The position numbers were made by a program, and so were the translations under genes. A DNA stretch of 64,000 bases from Akkermansiaceae bacterium (GTDB taxonomy: Bacteria > Verrucomicrobiota > Verrucomicrobiia > Verrucomicrobiales > Akkermansiaceae): positions 64,001-128,000 of the forward strand of contig JBPOGF010000009.1 in NCBI GenBank assembly GCA_051251915.1, written 5' to 3'. Positions 8,622 to 18,754 of this stretch are shown piece by piece (within the stretch, counting starts at the first letter, position 1; each line of letters begins with the position of its first letter). The notes under the pieces were generated by a model. It searched no databases and had not been told where the DNA came from. It saw only the letters and a list, made by a program, of their open reading frames with translations.

Positions 8622-10463
8622 TCAAAGACCGTGCTCCTGCATCCAAAGTTCCAGAATGGCTAAGCTGAGTAGCTGCTTTATCGGCAAGAATTCGCGAGTT
8701 CGTTCAGCATCCCTACGCAACCGCCCTATCATTTCCATATCAAAAAGTTGACGCCGCTGAAAGCTTTCTGAACCAATCGCACTATCGAGCAACTTCGTGA
8801 TCTGGCCAAAATAAGCTTCAGATTCCGTTGGAAAATAGAATGGTTGCTTACTGCGCTGACAGTGAGCCTCGGGATAATACTTCGCCGCCATCTGTCGCCA
8901 GATAAACTTACCCCTAGTTCCATTTAGCTTAAGCTGATTAGGCAAGTTAAATGCAAATTCAATCAATCGATGATCAAGAAACGGCATTCGGTATTCAACA
9001 GAATGCGCCATACAATTACGCTCCTGACGAATGATCGCCCAGTCTTGCAACCAGCTCTGAAATTGATACATCAGTTGACTTTCTAATAAATCGCCATCAC
9101 CCGTGATCGCCGCTTGCTCGTATGGCTCATGCAGCACCTCCAACTCCACCTTAGAAAATAAACTACGTAACTCCACCCCTTTCTCCGCTTTACTCAGATG
9201 ATGATAACCCGAAAGGTAGCGATTAATTTTACCTTTACCGGAGCCTCCTATATCAGCAGGAAATGCAGAGATCTTATTCAGAAGAAATGCCGGCGTCAAC
9301 TTAATGCCTATCGCAGCCATTTGTCGCCCCAGCACTCCTAGCCTTTCCGCTAGCAACATGATCTTATGAAACGAATAACCACAGAACAACTCATCAACCC
9401 CCTCACCTCCAATCGCCACCCTGCAACCAGCATTATGCGTAGCTCCAGCCAAGCGATCAAATGCCAAAATAAGAGCATCACCAACAGGCAACTCCATCTG
9501 CGAGATCACTCGAGGAAGTGAAGCGAAATCGTCTGGACCTAGTATCACTTTAGTGTGTGGAATAGAGTAATGTTCACAAAGAGCAGCCGCTTCCACCACT
9601 TCATCAGACCGCGCTCCAAACCCCGCAGTAATAGCCGTCACAGGCGTTCCTAGTTGATGAATCTCCGATAACAAAACCGAAGAGTCAACCCCAGCCGAAA
9701 GATGCACAGCAATTGGAACCTCTGAAATAAGCGCAGTACGAATACTAGACTGAGTAAGCTCATAAAGCTGATCGACAGCATCACCCTCTTCCATTTTCTG
9801 AACACGAGGCTCAATACGAAACCATTTCTTAAGCGACTGCCCCTCAGCATTAATAATAAGCGTATGACCTGCAGGTAATATCTGAATTGCCCTGAACAAA
9901 GTGTCAGGCTCCGGAACATACCTCAAAGAAAGATAAGCCGGAATCGCTGAGTGATTAAGTGCTTTAGTAACTCCAACTTTATGCAAACCACGTATCTCAG
10001 ACGAAAAATAAAAACTCCCCTCATGCTGAGAATAGTAAAGCGGTTTTTGTCCACTTCGATCACGCGCTAAAATAAGCTCACCACGTGTATGATCAAATAT
10101 CGCAATAGCAAACATCCCATTCAGCCTCTGCAGGAAATTACCGCCCCATTGCTGATAAGCAGCTGGAATAATTTCAACGTCGCACTGAGTCTGAAATTGA
10201 TACCCAAGAGACTCCAACTCCCTTTTGAGTTCTTTAAAATTATAGATCTCACCATTGCAAACCACTGAAATCTTTCCATCATTAGTATGGAAAGGCTGCT
10301 GCCCATTTGAGACATCCAAAATCGCCAACCTCGTCATCCCCAACGCCGCCAATGGCGTGTGCATATATCCATCACCATCAGGCCCTCGGTGCCGCATCGT
10401 ATCAGCCATCAAGAGAAGCTTGTCCTGCGAGTCTGAGCCATACCATCCGAATATTGCACACAT
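8622..10463 (-). CDS. asnB: Asparagine synthase (glutamine-hydrolysing)-like amidotransferase
   Basis: N-terminal Cys2, HRGPD, RLAILD, NGEIYN, LSAGVDSS, GEGVDELFCGY, RMPFLDH. Confidence 0.9.
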   Translation of the reverse strand: MCAIFGWYGSDSQDKLLLMADTMRHRGPDGDGYMHTPLAALGMTRLAILDVSNGQQPFHTNDGKISVVCNGEIYNFKELKRELESLGYQFQTQCDVEIIPAAYQQWGGNFLQRLNGMFAIAIFDHTRGELILARDRSGQKPLYYSQHEGSFYFSSEIRGLHKVGVTKALNHSAIPAYLSLRYVPEPDTLFRAIQILPAGHTLIINAEGQSLKKWFRIEPRVQKMEEGDAVDQLYELTQSSIRTALISEVPIAVHLSAGVDSSVLLSEIHQLGTPVTAITAGFGARSDEVVEAAALCEHYSIPHTKVILGPDDFASLPRVISQMELPVGDALILAFDRLAGATHNAGCRVAIGGEGVDELFCGYSFHKIMLLAERLGVLGRQMAAIGIKLTPAFLLNKISAFPADIGGSGKGKINRYLSGYHHLSKAEKGVELRSLFSKVELEVLHEPYEQAAITGDGDLLESQLMYQFQSWLQDWAIIRQERNCMAHSVEYRMPFLDHRLIEFAFNLPNQLKLNGTRGKFIWRQMAAKYYPEAHCQRSKQPFYFPTESEAYFGQITKLLDSAIGSESFQRRQLFDMEMIGRLRRDAERTREFLPIKQLLSLAILELWMQEHGL

Positions 10464-10470
10464 AGTAAGA

Positions 10471-11883
10471 TTAGCTGTTAGAGATCAGTAAAGGTTTATT
10501 CAGAACATGCTGAGCGGCATCTTTACCCATCTGCATCGCACTGTGCATCGCAGGGTAAGCGAACCCCCCCTGACGCCCCGTAGAGGTAAGTTTCTCAACA
10601 CTATCCACCCAGTCCATGATGACTTGTAGATGACGATCAAAGCCGTTAGTAAAAATAGGATATCCATGCGCATTCCTCATCAACTTCTTATCCACAATCT
10701 CATCTTCCATACAGATCCCTTCAGCAGCAAGGTCGCCTAATACTTGTTGGTAAAATTCATCTGAACCCTGCCACTTTTCATCACCAACTTCACAGGTGGA
10801 CTCAACAATCAAAATAGTGTGACCACCAGGTATCACCTCCAAACCCGCATTTTTAGGCTCCCCAACACGATGAAAGCAAAGGCTACGATAATAAGTATAA
10901 AGCCCCTCCATACAGCGATCTTTATTAACCAGAAGAGCGAAAATAACAGTAGGCTTGTACCGAAGTCGTGAAACAGCGTGACTAACTTTTTCAGGAGCCT
11001 CAGCCTTGGAAAAATCTACTAAATAATGCAGCGGAGCAGTGTTGATAATATGCTCACCTTGAAAACGCTTCTCTTCGCCATCATGGCTGTAAATCACCTC
11101 CCCGTTACACGGCGATATTTTAGAAATACGTGCCTCTGTTAGAATAGCCCCACCAAGCCTCTCAAATTCCCTAGCAAGCGAACGAGGCAGAGCTTCAGAA
11201 CCTGTCCTAGAGTAATGCAGCGTCTCCGTATCTAGTGCAGACTCTACCACATCAGCTACATCGTTTGCCTTCTGCCTCTTAAAAGACGGGATCAACTTCC
11301 GCAGAACATCCACCGCCGACAAACGAGGCATCTTCCTACGGATAAATTCTGCCGATAGATCCCTCGGATGAATCCCCCAATACTTATGAGTAAATTCTTC
11401 AAAGAAATACTCATACAGAGGAGCCCCATAAAACGCAATCAGAGCAGATTCAGCATTTTCAATATTAGCCTTATGCTTCGCACCCGTGATCTCTGCGATG
11501 ACCAAACCAAGAACACACCGACCCAAAGTAATCGGCGGCATAGCCTTCAGCATATCTTTAAATTGAAGCGGATACCGACAACTCGAATCCCCCCAGCGAA
11601 TACGAGCATCAAGCGCTGCCTCAATCCGCTCTTCCCCCATAAGCTCAGCACAGTCTTCGAAAATCTCCTTATTGAAAGCATGCAACATATGAACTCCAAA
11701 GTCGCAAGTATTCTCACCGAAAGGAAAACCAGCGGCCAAACCACCAACACGTGATTCTTTCTCCAAAATCGTAACTTTTACTCCTCCACGAGCTAACGTG
11801 AGCCCAGCATACAACCCGCAAACACCTGCGCCAATGATGAGCACGGACACCTGAGAATTAGAAATATTTTGACTCACTTGCAC
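10471..11883 (-). CDS. FAD-dependent oxidoreductase (UDP-galactopyranose mutase / protoporphyrinogen oxidase-like fold)
   Basis: IIGAGVCGL, EKESRVGGL, DFGVH, YTxKxWG-like FTHKYWG, C-terminal GRQGGFAY; GTG start. Confidence 0.8.
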   Translation of the reverse strand: MQVSQNISNSQVSVLIIGAGVCGLYAGLTLARGGVKVTILEKESRVGGLAAGFPFGENTCDFGVHMLHAFNKEIFEDCAELMGEERIEAALDARIRWGDSSCRYPLQFKDMLKAMPPITLGRCVLGLVIAEITGAKHKANIENAESALIAFYGAPLYEYFFEEFTHKYWGIHPRDLSAEFIRRKMPRLSAVDVLRKLIPSFKRQKANDVADVVESALDTETLHYSRTGSEALPRSLAREFERLGGAILTEARISKISPCNGEVIYSHDGEEKRFQGEHIINTAPLHYLVDFSKAEAPEKVSHAVSRLRYKPTVIFALLVNKDRCMEGLYTYYRSLCFHRVGEPKNAGLEVIPGGHTILIVESTCEVGDEKWQGSDEFYQQVLGDLAAEGICMEDEIVDKKLMRNAHGYPIFTNGFDRHLQVIMDWVDSVEKLTSTGRQGGFAYPAMHSAMQMGKDAAQHVLNKPLLISNS

Positions 11884-11885
11884 AC

Positions 11886-13112
11886 TTATAACGAAGGAAG
11901 ATTAGAGGGCTGAAGGTACTGGTCTATCAAACTACGATCCAGCCATTCAATATCGGAATACAACAATGCCTGCCCCATAGTAACATCTCGTTTCAATACA
12001 GGCTTCTCCCCTTCAACTTCTAGCGTCACCACCGGCACTTGACCTCCACTTTTAGAAACCTCAGAAACCATCCCATAAACAACATCACTACCTATCCCCT
12101 CCTCTATAACCGTGCCAGCAGGAAAATCAGCTTTAGCATAAGCATAAACCTCTGTTGCACGACCTGCCCAAGGCTGCAATAACGCCTCATGTTCTATCAC
12201 CGCTTTATATATAGCCTTCGGCGTCTCCAAATGACAGAGGTGATAAGGGCGGTAAAAAAGATAATAATGCCCCTGGTCGCTCTGCTGAAGCTTATAATAA
12301 GTAAGATACGGCAACTGAACTTCAGCCTCACAGCGAGCAATCACATACACCCCTCCCCCAGGCTCAGCTCCAAGAATATAATCGATAACTCCCTCCTTTG
12401 GATACTCACTAAAATCAAACAACTCAAGCGCCTGCTCCACTCGCTCAGCCCTCGGCCCAGTCATACCAGTTTGCGTTGGAAGATAACCTAACGCATTAGC
12501 TATAACCGCCATCTCAATATTCAACTTAGTCCCATCGGTATAAGCACAACACTGAACTGGATTTAGATTCCGAATCGCAGCCTCATGAGCTAGCGACTCC
12601 ACAGTCGCATCTCGCTTAAGAAAGCCTTTTATATTTCCAGCCTGCACAATATCAAACCCCCACAACGTGATTTCCTCTATCATCGTGGCCAAAACCCCGT
12701 GCTGATCCCCAGCATCACTAGAAATGATCACACCATACTCGTCAGCCAGTTGTGCCAAATAAGGCCCAAACGCCAGATCAACCTCAGCATTCATAAGGAT
12801 AACATGCGCCTTACTCTGTATAGCAAGCTCACAGTACCGCAATGCACTCTGAATCGAATTAGTACTTTCCACCAATACATCAACTGGATGTTCTTGCAGT
12901 AAATGCTCAACACTATCACCCGTTACACAATCCGCCGTTGCTGCCGAAGTTTTCTCAGCAGCTATAAGTTTCTTATCAGCTATCCAAGTCAACTCCATAC
13001 CCGGCGTGATACACACTTGATGCGCTATCCCAAACCCCATCGACCCAGCCCCAACCAAACCCACCCTGATAGGAGTATTGGCCTTCTGTAATTTTTTCAG
13101 CGTTCTGATCAT
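11886..13112 (-). CDS. Homoserine-dehydrogenase-like NAD(P)-dependent oxidoreductase with C-terminal SAF domain
   Basis: RVGLVGAGSMG, MNAEVD, AGDQHG, DGTKLNIEMAVIANALG, FYRPYHLCHLE. Confidence 0.85.
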   Translation of the reverse strand: MIRTLKKLQKANTPIRVGLVGAGSMGFGIAHQVCITPGMELTWIADKKLIAAEKTSAATADCVTGDSVEHLLQEHPVDVLVESTNSIQSALRYCELAIQSKAHVILMNAEVDLAFGPYLAQLADEYGVIISSDAGDQHGVLATMIEEITLWGFDIVQAGNIKGFLKRDATVESLAHEAAIRNLNPVQCCAYTDGTKLNIEMAVIANALGYLPTQTGMTGPRAERVEQALELFDFSEYPKEGVIDYILGAEPGGGVYVIARCEAEVQLPYLTYYKLQQSDQGHYYLFYRPYHLCHLETPKAIYKAVIEHEALLQPWAGRATEVYAYAKADFPAGTVIEEGIGSDVVYGMVSEVSKSGGQVPVVTLEVEGEKPVLKRDVTMGQALLYSDIEWLDRSLIDQYLQPSNLPSL

Positions 13113-13242
13113 CGATCCGTTTCAGTCTATAGTTAGTATATTTCTACCCTAGCTTGCGCACAGTCCTGCTACGACTCAAGACGTTTACCCCCATGAATCA
13201 AGACTGAGCGTTTTCAGTAAAACAACAACGTAAAACTAAAAC

Positions 13243-15387
13243 TTAAACTCTCGGACCAAATTTTTCATCCACAATCCGCTGAGGAACTGGCTCAAAGCTC
13301 GCTGGCTCCATCGTAAATGACGCCCTTCCAGAAGACACCGTACGAAGAGCCGTCATGTAACCAAACATCGCAGCCAATGGCACCTGCGCCTTCAGCGTAC
13401 TAATGTCACCTTTATTCTCCATGCCACCTATAAGAGCTCGTCTACGATTCAGATCACCCATGATATCTCCCTGATAATCTGTCGGCGTAGAAATCTCCAC
13501 ATCCATCACAGGCTCCAGAAGCTGAGGACCAGCTTTCTCAAACGCATCACGCACTGCAAAAATAGCAGCCACCTTAAACGCATTATCACTAGAATCCTCC
13601 TCATGAAACTCACCACCTAAAATATCCACATGCACATCAATCACCGGATACCCTCCAACAGCACCATTACTCATGGAACCCTCAATACCCGCAATGACCG
13701 ACTTAATATACTCCTTAGGAATAGTCCCTCCAGTAACCTTATTCTCAATCGTAATCCCCTTCCCTTTATCATTAGGACGCACAGCGATGTCCACCACTGC
13801 ATACTGCCCAGTGCCACCAGTCTGCTTGATCAGCTCACCATGCCCCTTAGCCTCAGAAGAAATAGACTCACGATACGCAATCTGCGGCTTACCCACATTC
13901 GCAGCCACATTAAATTCACGCTTCAAACGATCAATAATAATCTCCAAATGCAACTCACCCATACCAGCAATAATCGTCTGACCAGTATCCACATCAGTCT
14001 TCACCACAAAAGTAGGATCCTCTTCCTGAAGTCGCTCTAGCCCTACAGACATCTTATCAGAGTCAGCCACCGTCTTAGGCTCCACAGCCATAGCAATAAC
14101 AGGCTCAGGGAATGATGGAGGCTCTAACAAAATCTGAAATTTCTTATCACATAAAGTATCACCCGTAGTCACATTCTTAATCCCCACATACGCAGCAATA
14201 TCACCCGCATAAGCAGTCTCTATCTCCTCCGTCTTATCCGCCTGCATCTGGATCAACCTCTGCACACGCTCCTGCTTACCAGTCCGCGGATTATAAACCA
14301 TATCACCCTTAGAAACCGTCCCAGAATACACACGGAAGAAAACCAACTTACCCACAAACTTATCCGCCCAGAGCTTAAACGCCAATGAACAAAACTTCCC
14401 ATTATCATCAGACGGAGCCTCCACAGGAGTATCATCATCCGGTGAAACCATCCCCTTCGCCGCATCCACATCCAGCGGGCTAGGAAGATAATCAATCACC
14501 GCATCGATCAAAAACTGAACCCCCTTATTCTTAAATGCAGACCCACCAGAAACCGGAATGAAATCATTACTAATCGTCACACGACGAATAGCAGATTTCA
14601 AATCAGCCCTAGTGATCTCCTCTTCCATCAAAAACTTCTCACCCAGCTCCTCATCAATGTCCGCAATCTGATCAATAAGATCAAGCCTAGCCTGCTCAGC
14701 TATCTCCACCTGCTCACCCTCCAGCTCCTTTACAGAAAATGTAGAACCACACTTGCTATCATCATGGAAAATAATCGCCTTCTGGTTCACCACATCTATC
14801 TGCCCACGCAGATTCTCCTCAGCCCCAATAGGAATCAAAATCGCCCCAGCATTCGCACCCAACTTCTCACGAACATCATTCAGCACATAATCAAAGTTAG
14901 CCCCAGTCCGATCCATCTTATTCACGAACACAATCCTCGGCACCTTATACTTAGTAGCCTGTCTCCACACCGTCTCCGTCTGCGGCTGCACACCAGCCAC
15001 ACCACAAAACACTACCACCGCACCATCCAGCACACGCAGCGAACGCTCCACCTCAGCCGTGAAATCCACGTGCCCAGGAGTATCAATAATATTCACCCGC
15101 ATCTCCTCCCCCTCATACAACTTCTTCACCCCATCCACAGGAACCTGCTCCCACTTACAAGTAACCGCCGCAGAAGTAATCGTAATCCCCCGCTCCCTCT
15201 CCTGCTCCATGTGATCCGTAGTAGCCGCCCCATCATGCACCTCACCCACACGGTGAATCATCCCAGTATAAAACAAAATTCTCTCAGTAAGCGTAGTCTT
15301 CCCCGCATCAATATGCGCCGCAATCCCAATGTTACGGGTGCGCTCAAGTGGATAAGGACGTTTCGGATGGTTTGGGTTAGCTGACAT
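13243..15387 (-). CDS. fusA: Elongation factor G (domain IV/V diverged)
   Basis: AHIDAGKTT, ERGITI, DTPGHVDF, NKMD, GMGELHL; start taken at MSANPN (15387). Confidence 0.96.
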   Translation of the reverse strand: MSANPNHPKRPYPLERTRNIGIAAHIDAGKTTLTERILFYTGMIHRVGEVHDGAATTDHMEQERERGITITSAAVTCKWEQVPVDGVKKLYEGEEMRVNIIDTPGHVDFTAEVERSLRVLDGAVVVFCGVAGVQPQTETVWRQATKYKVPRIVFVNKMDRTGANFDYVLNDVREKLGANAGAILIPIGAEENLRGQIDVVNQKAIIFHDDSKCGSTFSVKELEGEQVEIAEQARLDLIDQIADIDEELGEKFLMEEEITRADLKSAIRRVTISNDFIPVSGGSAFKNKGVQFLIDAVIDYLPSPLDVDAAKGMVSPDDDTPVEAPSDDNGKFCSLAFKLWADKFVGKLVFFRVYSGTVSKGDMVYNPRTGKQERVQRLIQMQADKTEEIETAYAGDIAAYVGIKNVTTGDTLCDKKFQILLEPPSFPEPVIAMAVEPKTVADSDKMSVGLERLQEEDPTFVVKTDVDTGQTIIAGMGELHLEIIIDRLKREFNVAANVGKPQIAYRESISSEAKGHGELIKQTGGTGQYAVVDIAVRPNDKGKGITIENKVTGGTIPKEYIKSVIAGIEGSMSNGAVGGYPVIDVHVDILGGEFHEEDSSDNAFKVAAIFAVRDAFEKAGPQLLEPVMDVEISTPTDYQGDIMGDLNRRRALIGGMENKGDISTLKAQVPLAAMFGYMTALRTVSSGRASFTMEPASFEPVPQRIVDEKFGPRV

Positions 15388-15449
15388 AGTATCGTTCTGG
15401 TTATTGCTTAATGTGATAGATCGCCAATACAAACTCAACATAGAGCCTA

Positions 15450-15493
15450 GCGGGAGACGCAAAATAGCCAGAAGTAACGATCTGGCAAGCCTC
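15450..15493 (-). promoter_or_regulatory. Putative fusA promoter (TTGCCA-16 bp-TATTTT)
   Basis: aggcTTGCCAgatcgttacttctggcTATTTTgcgtctcccg; shares spacer sequence with the rpsL and rpsJ promoters. Confidence 0.6.
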
Positions 15494-15531
15494 TTTTATC
15501 CTCTTAGAACAAACAATTAAAGTCTCCGATC

Positions 15532-16419
15532 TTATCTAGCTTCCGTCCACTTCTCAGAAGGAACCCAGACAAGATCAGCAACCTCTTTCCGAAGCACAGG
15601 AAGCAGAAACATTGAAATTTCAGCCAAAGCATCCGAGAACTCAAAATGATCAAGCTTTCCTTTGCGGAGAAATGCCGACCATTGCTCCACCTTTTGCGCG
15701 TCTGAGCTAAACTCCGCAGTGAATGGCACCGGAACAGCATCTGAGATAATGGTCGAGCGCCGAGCAAAGGTATTCGTGCACGCTTCCGTGAGATCATTCC
15801 CGCAGAATTCAAGATGCGCCTGCAGCCAGTGCAGATCATAAAAATCCTTCATCCGGCTATTATTGATGCCTAGTGAAACCGCTGCTTCCAATTTTTCAGC
15901 AATGACAGTTTCCATAGGATAAGTCGAAAGGGAAGTGTCCTCATAGTCGAGAAAAGCCGCCCACTTCTGAGAACGGACCGCGGGAGTAATTATGTCGCCG
16001 AAGCCGATATCAAATTGTAGGGGTATCCTCGTCTTGCCGAGCTGACAGGCGATCAGCACCCGCACCCCACCGTAGCTGTTTTCATCACGTATAGCCGCGG
16101 CCCTGATGTTTTCCCAACTCAGGGCATCTTCTTTTTCAGGGGAAAGCTCGCAGATTTCAGTAAAAATCTCTTTCAAAGCCTCCGAGTCATGATCGCCAAA
16201 GCTGAGGAAGTCCGCATCCCGCGTCGGGCGATGTCCCTCAGGCTCCAGAAAGCGGAATAGTTGCGCCCCTTTCAAAATAAAGCGATCCGCGTAGTCACTC
16301 TGCGCCAAGCGCGCAAAGAAACGACTAAGCGCAAATTGCTCCAGCAATGAGGCGTAGCCGACACCAGTCTGGCGACCCTCATTTCTGAGGCGATCTTGAA
16401 GTGAAGCGATTAGGTTCAT
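15532..16419 (-). CDS. abiEii: Type IV toxin-antitoxin AbiEii nucleotidyltransferase toxin
   Basis: FILKGA, RPTRDAD, DIGFGD, ETVIAEKL, NSRMKDFYD. Confidence 0.92.
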   Translation of the reverse strand: MNLIASLQDRLRNEGRQTGVGYASLLEQFALSRFFARLAQSDYADRFILKGAQLFRFLEPEGHRPTRDADFLSFGDHDSEALKEIFTEICELSPEKEDALSWENIRAAAIRDENSYGGVRVLIACQLGKTRIPLQFDIGFGDIITPAVRSQKWAAFLDYEDTSLSTYPMETVIAEKLEAAVSLGINNSRMKDFYDLHWLQAHLEFCGNDLTEACTNTFARRSTIISDAVPVPFTAEFSSDAQKVEQWSAFLRKGKLDHFEFSDALAEISMFLLPVLRKEVADLVWVPSEKWTEAR

Positions 16420-16431
16420 AGTGTAGTGATA

Positions 16432-17031
16432 TTAGACAAGGGCATCGAGATAGGGACGGATCACGCTCGTAACGCGTTGGACTTTGGCATACTCCATGAT
16501 CTCTGTGGGTTTTACACCGTTTTTGAGGATATCCTTCAGCGCTTCTAGACAGACATCCAGACCCACCCGACTACGATATTTAAAGCAATCTACTACCGTG
16601 CGCGCTGGATTAGTGATCTGGGTCGGAATATTGTTCAATAGATGAGTATCGAAACCTACTGAAAAAGAGCAGGTTACCCTACTACGTACAACTTGTAGCG
16701 CAGGATAACCGATCTTAGGCGTAACTGCGTTCTGCTTCAGAAGAATCCAAACAGCATGAGGTTGCTGGGTTCCAATCTGGTGAAACTGCAGTGCGGAGAG
16801 AAGCGCGATGACCGCGTGTGGCACTCGTGCGGCTACTTCGGAAAGACTCAGATTCTCATCTAGCTCCGCCTCGGGATCATGATAAATTCCACGCGAAAGT
16901 CGAATCAGCTCACCCGCTTTGACCGCTTGGGAAATCACCGTACTGCTGATTCCCGCTTTACGTAGATTTTCCTCACGCAGAAGCTGTGACCCTTGCGCAA
17001 GTCGTTGAAGTTGTGCCCGCTGATTTTCCAT
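16432..17031 (-). CDS. abiEi: Type IV toxin-antitoxin AbiEi antitoxin / transcriptional regulator
   Basis: wHTH GELIRLSRGIY, LLSALQFH, PARTVVDCFKYR; directly upstream of abiEii. Confidence 0.9.
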   Translation of the reverse strand: MENQRAQLQRLAQGSQLLREENLRKAGISSTVISQAVKAGELIRLSRGIYHDPEAELDENLSLSEVAARVPHAVIALLSALQFHQIGTQQPHAVWILLKQNAVTPKIGYPALQVVRSRVTCSFSVGFDTHLLNNIPTQITNPARTVVDCFKYRSRVGLDVCLEALKDILKNGVKPTEIMEYAKVQRVTSVIRPYLDALV

Positions 17032-17036
17032 TTATT

Positions 17037-17079
17037 AGTAACTAAGGTCTAAGTTACTTGTTTTTGGAAATTATTGCAA
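17037..17079 (-). promoter_or_regulatory. abiE promoter (TTGCAA-17 bp-TAACTT) overlapped by a 22-bp imperfect palindrome
   Basis: agtaactaag-gt-ctaagttact at 17037-17058 covers the -10; -35 at 17074-17079. Confidence 0.6.
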
Positions 17080-17358
17080 GTTTAGAATACGTGATTTTTG
17101 TGGGGGTTGCAATCAAGCTCAGGATAAAACACAATCCGAAAGCTACGTCGCCCCTACATCAACATGCGCTGCGATTCCGTGCACTCTAGAGGTTTTTGGG
17201 TGGTTTTAAGTGTATTGGTGAGTGAGCGGAAAAATTAGATAGAGCTACGCATCAAGCAATCACAATTTATAGCCACGCCTTTCTGTCATAATGAGAATGA
17301 CTTTTAGAAGACAATCATTCAGCGTTATACTTAGCTATGTTTTAAATACTTAAGGGTA

Positions 17359-17502
17359 TTAGACTAATTTTGAAATAAAGCGTGCAATTGTGCTGATCGC
17401 TCCAAGCACCTTTGCTAGACTGGTAATAAAATCACGAACTTGAATAAGTTTGCTATATTTTGATTTATTCTGCTTTGGTGTCTCTTCATTGTTTGTTTTC
17501 AT
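17359..17502 (-). CDS. Possible small (47 aa) basic peptide with amphipathic C-terminal helix
   Basis: ATG at 17502, MKTNNEE...LAKVLGAISTIARFISKLV; no recognisable family. Confidence 0.3.
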   Translation of the reverse strand: MKTNNEETPKQNKSKYSKLIQVRDFITSLAKVLGAISTIARFISKLV

Positions 17503-17586
17503 ACCTATAGTGTTGGTGTGAAATAAAAAGAAATAAAGAGGTTTAAGCTGGTTGCTACGGGTATAAAACACTTGCCCATAGGCGAG

Positions 17587-18687
17587 CTATCTATGGGCAA
17601 TTTTTAAAGCTTGGGTAAATTTGTTGCGACATAACTTTTCCATATATCTACGTTTATCATTTATCGTGTCACGCTCACCACCTTTAGATAGTTCCTGCCA
17701 AAGCATAAGATTTTTGTTCGGTTGTTTTTCAAGTTCGCTAAACTCTTTTCTAACCATAGGAAGAACTCCTTCATTCCACCACAGGTCAGATCCTTCTGGC
17801 CACTCTGGTAAAATAGAACACTTCATCATAAGTTCATATGAATCTGGATATAGGTGGTTTTTAAGGTATTCATCTAAGCTTGTGTGTTCATAACGTTTCG
17901 CCGTTTCCGAGAAGGTTTTTAGCCTTTCAAGTGTTTGCTTTTCACGACAATAGTAATTTCTCCAAAATTCAATAGATTCGAGAATTTTAGCGACTATAAG
18001 ATGACAGGCGGCACCAGCACGGCTTCTGTTATCAGAAATATCTGGTAATATTAGATTTTTCCCTAGGTTTATAGCATTACTAATAGCTTCTGAATCAGCT
18101 GTATATTTAGAGTTTCTAGAGCGAATCGAAGGCATTGTTAATGAGTTTTCGGCACATGCCATGAATTCTTTGGGGTGAACTAAAGCCAGGCGCGTAAAAG
18201 CTTCGCTAAGCATTTTCGCTTGATACCACAACTTAGAGCATGCTTCAGGTGCATTATTGCCAGCTAGACGAATCAATTGCCTATTCAGGTAGTCAGCGCG
18301 AGAAGCTAGACATTCTATAGCGAGGTCGTTTCTATCTACTTCTAAGCCTTCTCTACGCCCTTTTTCTGTGGGGTGGTTTTCAAATTTGAGTAATCCTGAT
18401 CTAATTAGTTTGAGTAATGTTGTCGTTCCTTTATCTATAGTTTGATGAGCTTCAGATAAAGCGGTTTTAGGGTCTTCTTTGATGAATTTTTCTTCGGCAT
18501 CATGCTTAGATAAAGCATCAACCTGATTTGGAGTTTTTGTCTCAAGTTATCTTATTTCTTCACTTCGAAGGTATTCCAGTTCGGTGAAATCACTCGCTTT
18601 GAATAGAAGTTCTTTTCTCTCAGTTAATTTTGGAGGAATTGAGGGGATAAATTTTTTATCACAGTTATCGTTATTGAGGTCACTCAC
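17587..18687 (-). pseudogene. Hypothetical gene interrupted by one in-frame TAA at 18547-18549
   Basis: The frame of the 229-aa ORF stays open upstream to 18546, meets a single TAA, then continues open to a GTG at 18687. Confidence 0.6.
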
Positions 18688-18754
18688 TATATATCATTGC
18701 TAATGTTTTCATTTATATTAAGATTTCATTTAGGTTGGCATTACGAAGTTACTT

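Noticed and set aside
4304..13242. Possible tuf gene or remnant between fusA and rpsJ
   Set aside because: No EF-Tu motifs in any ORF and no relic recognised
15388..15462. N-terminal extensions given by the ORF track for fusA (and likewise rpsL, rplS, OMP copy 2, the aldo/keto reductase, the hydrolase)
   Set aside because: Extensions run through predicted promoters, leaders or upstream genes; family-typical N-termini begin at downstream ATGs
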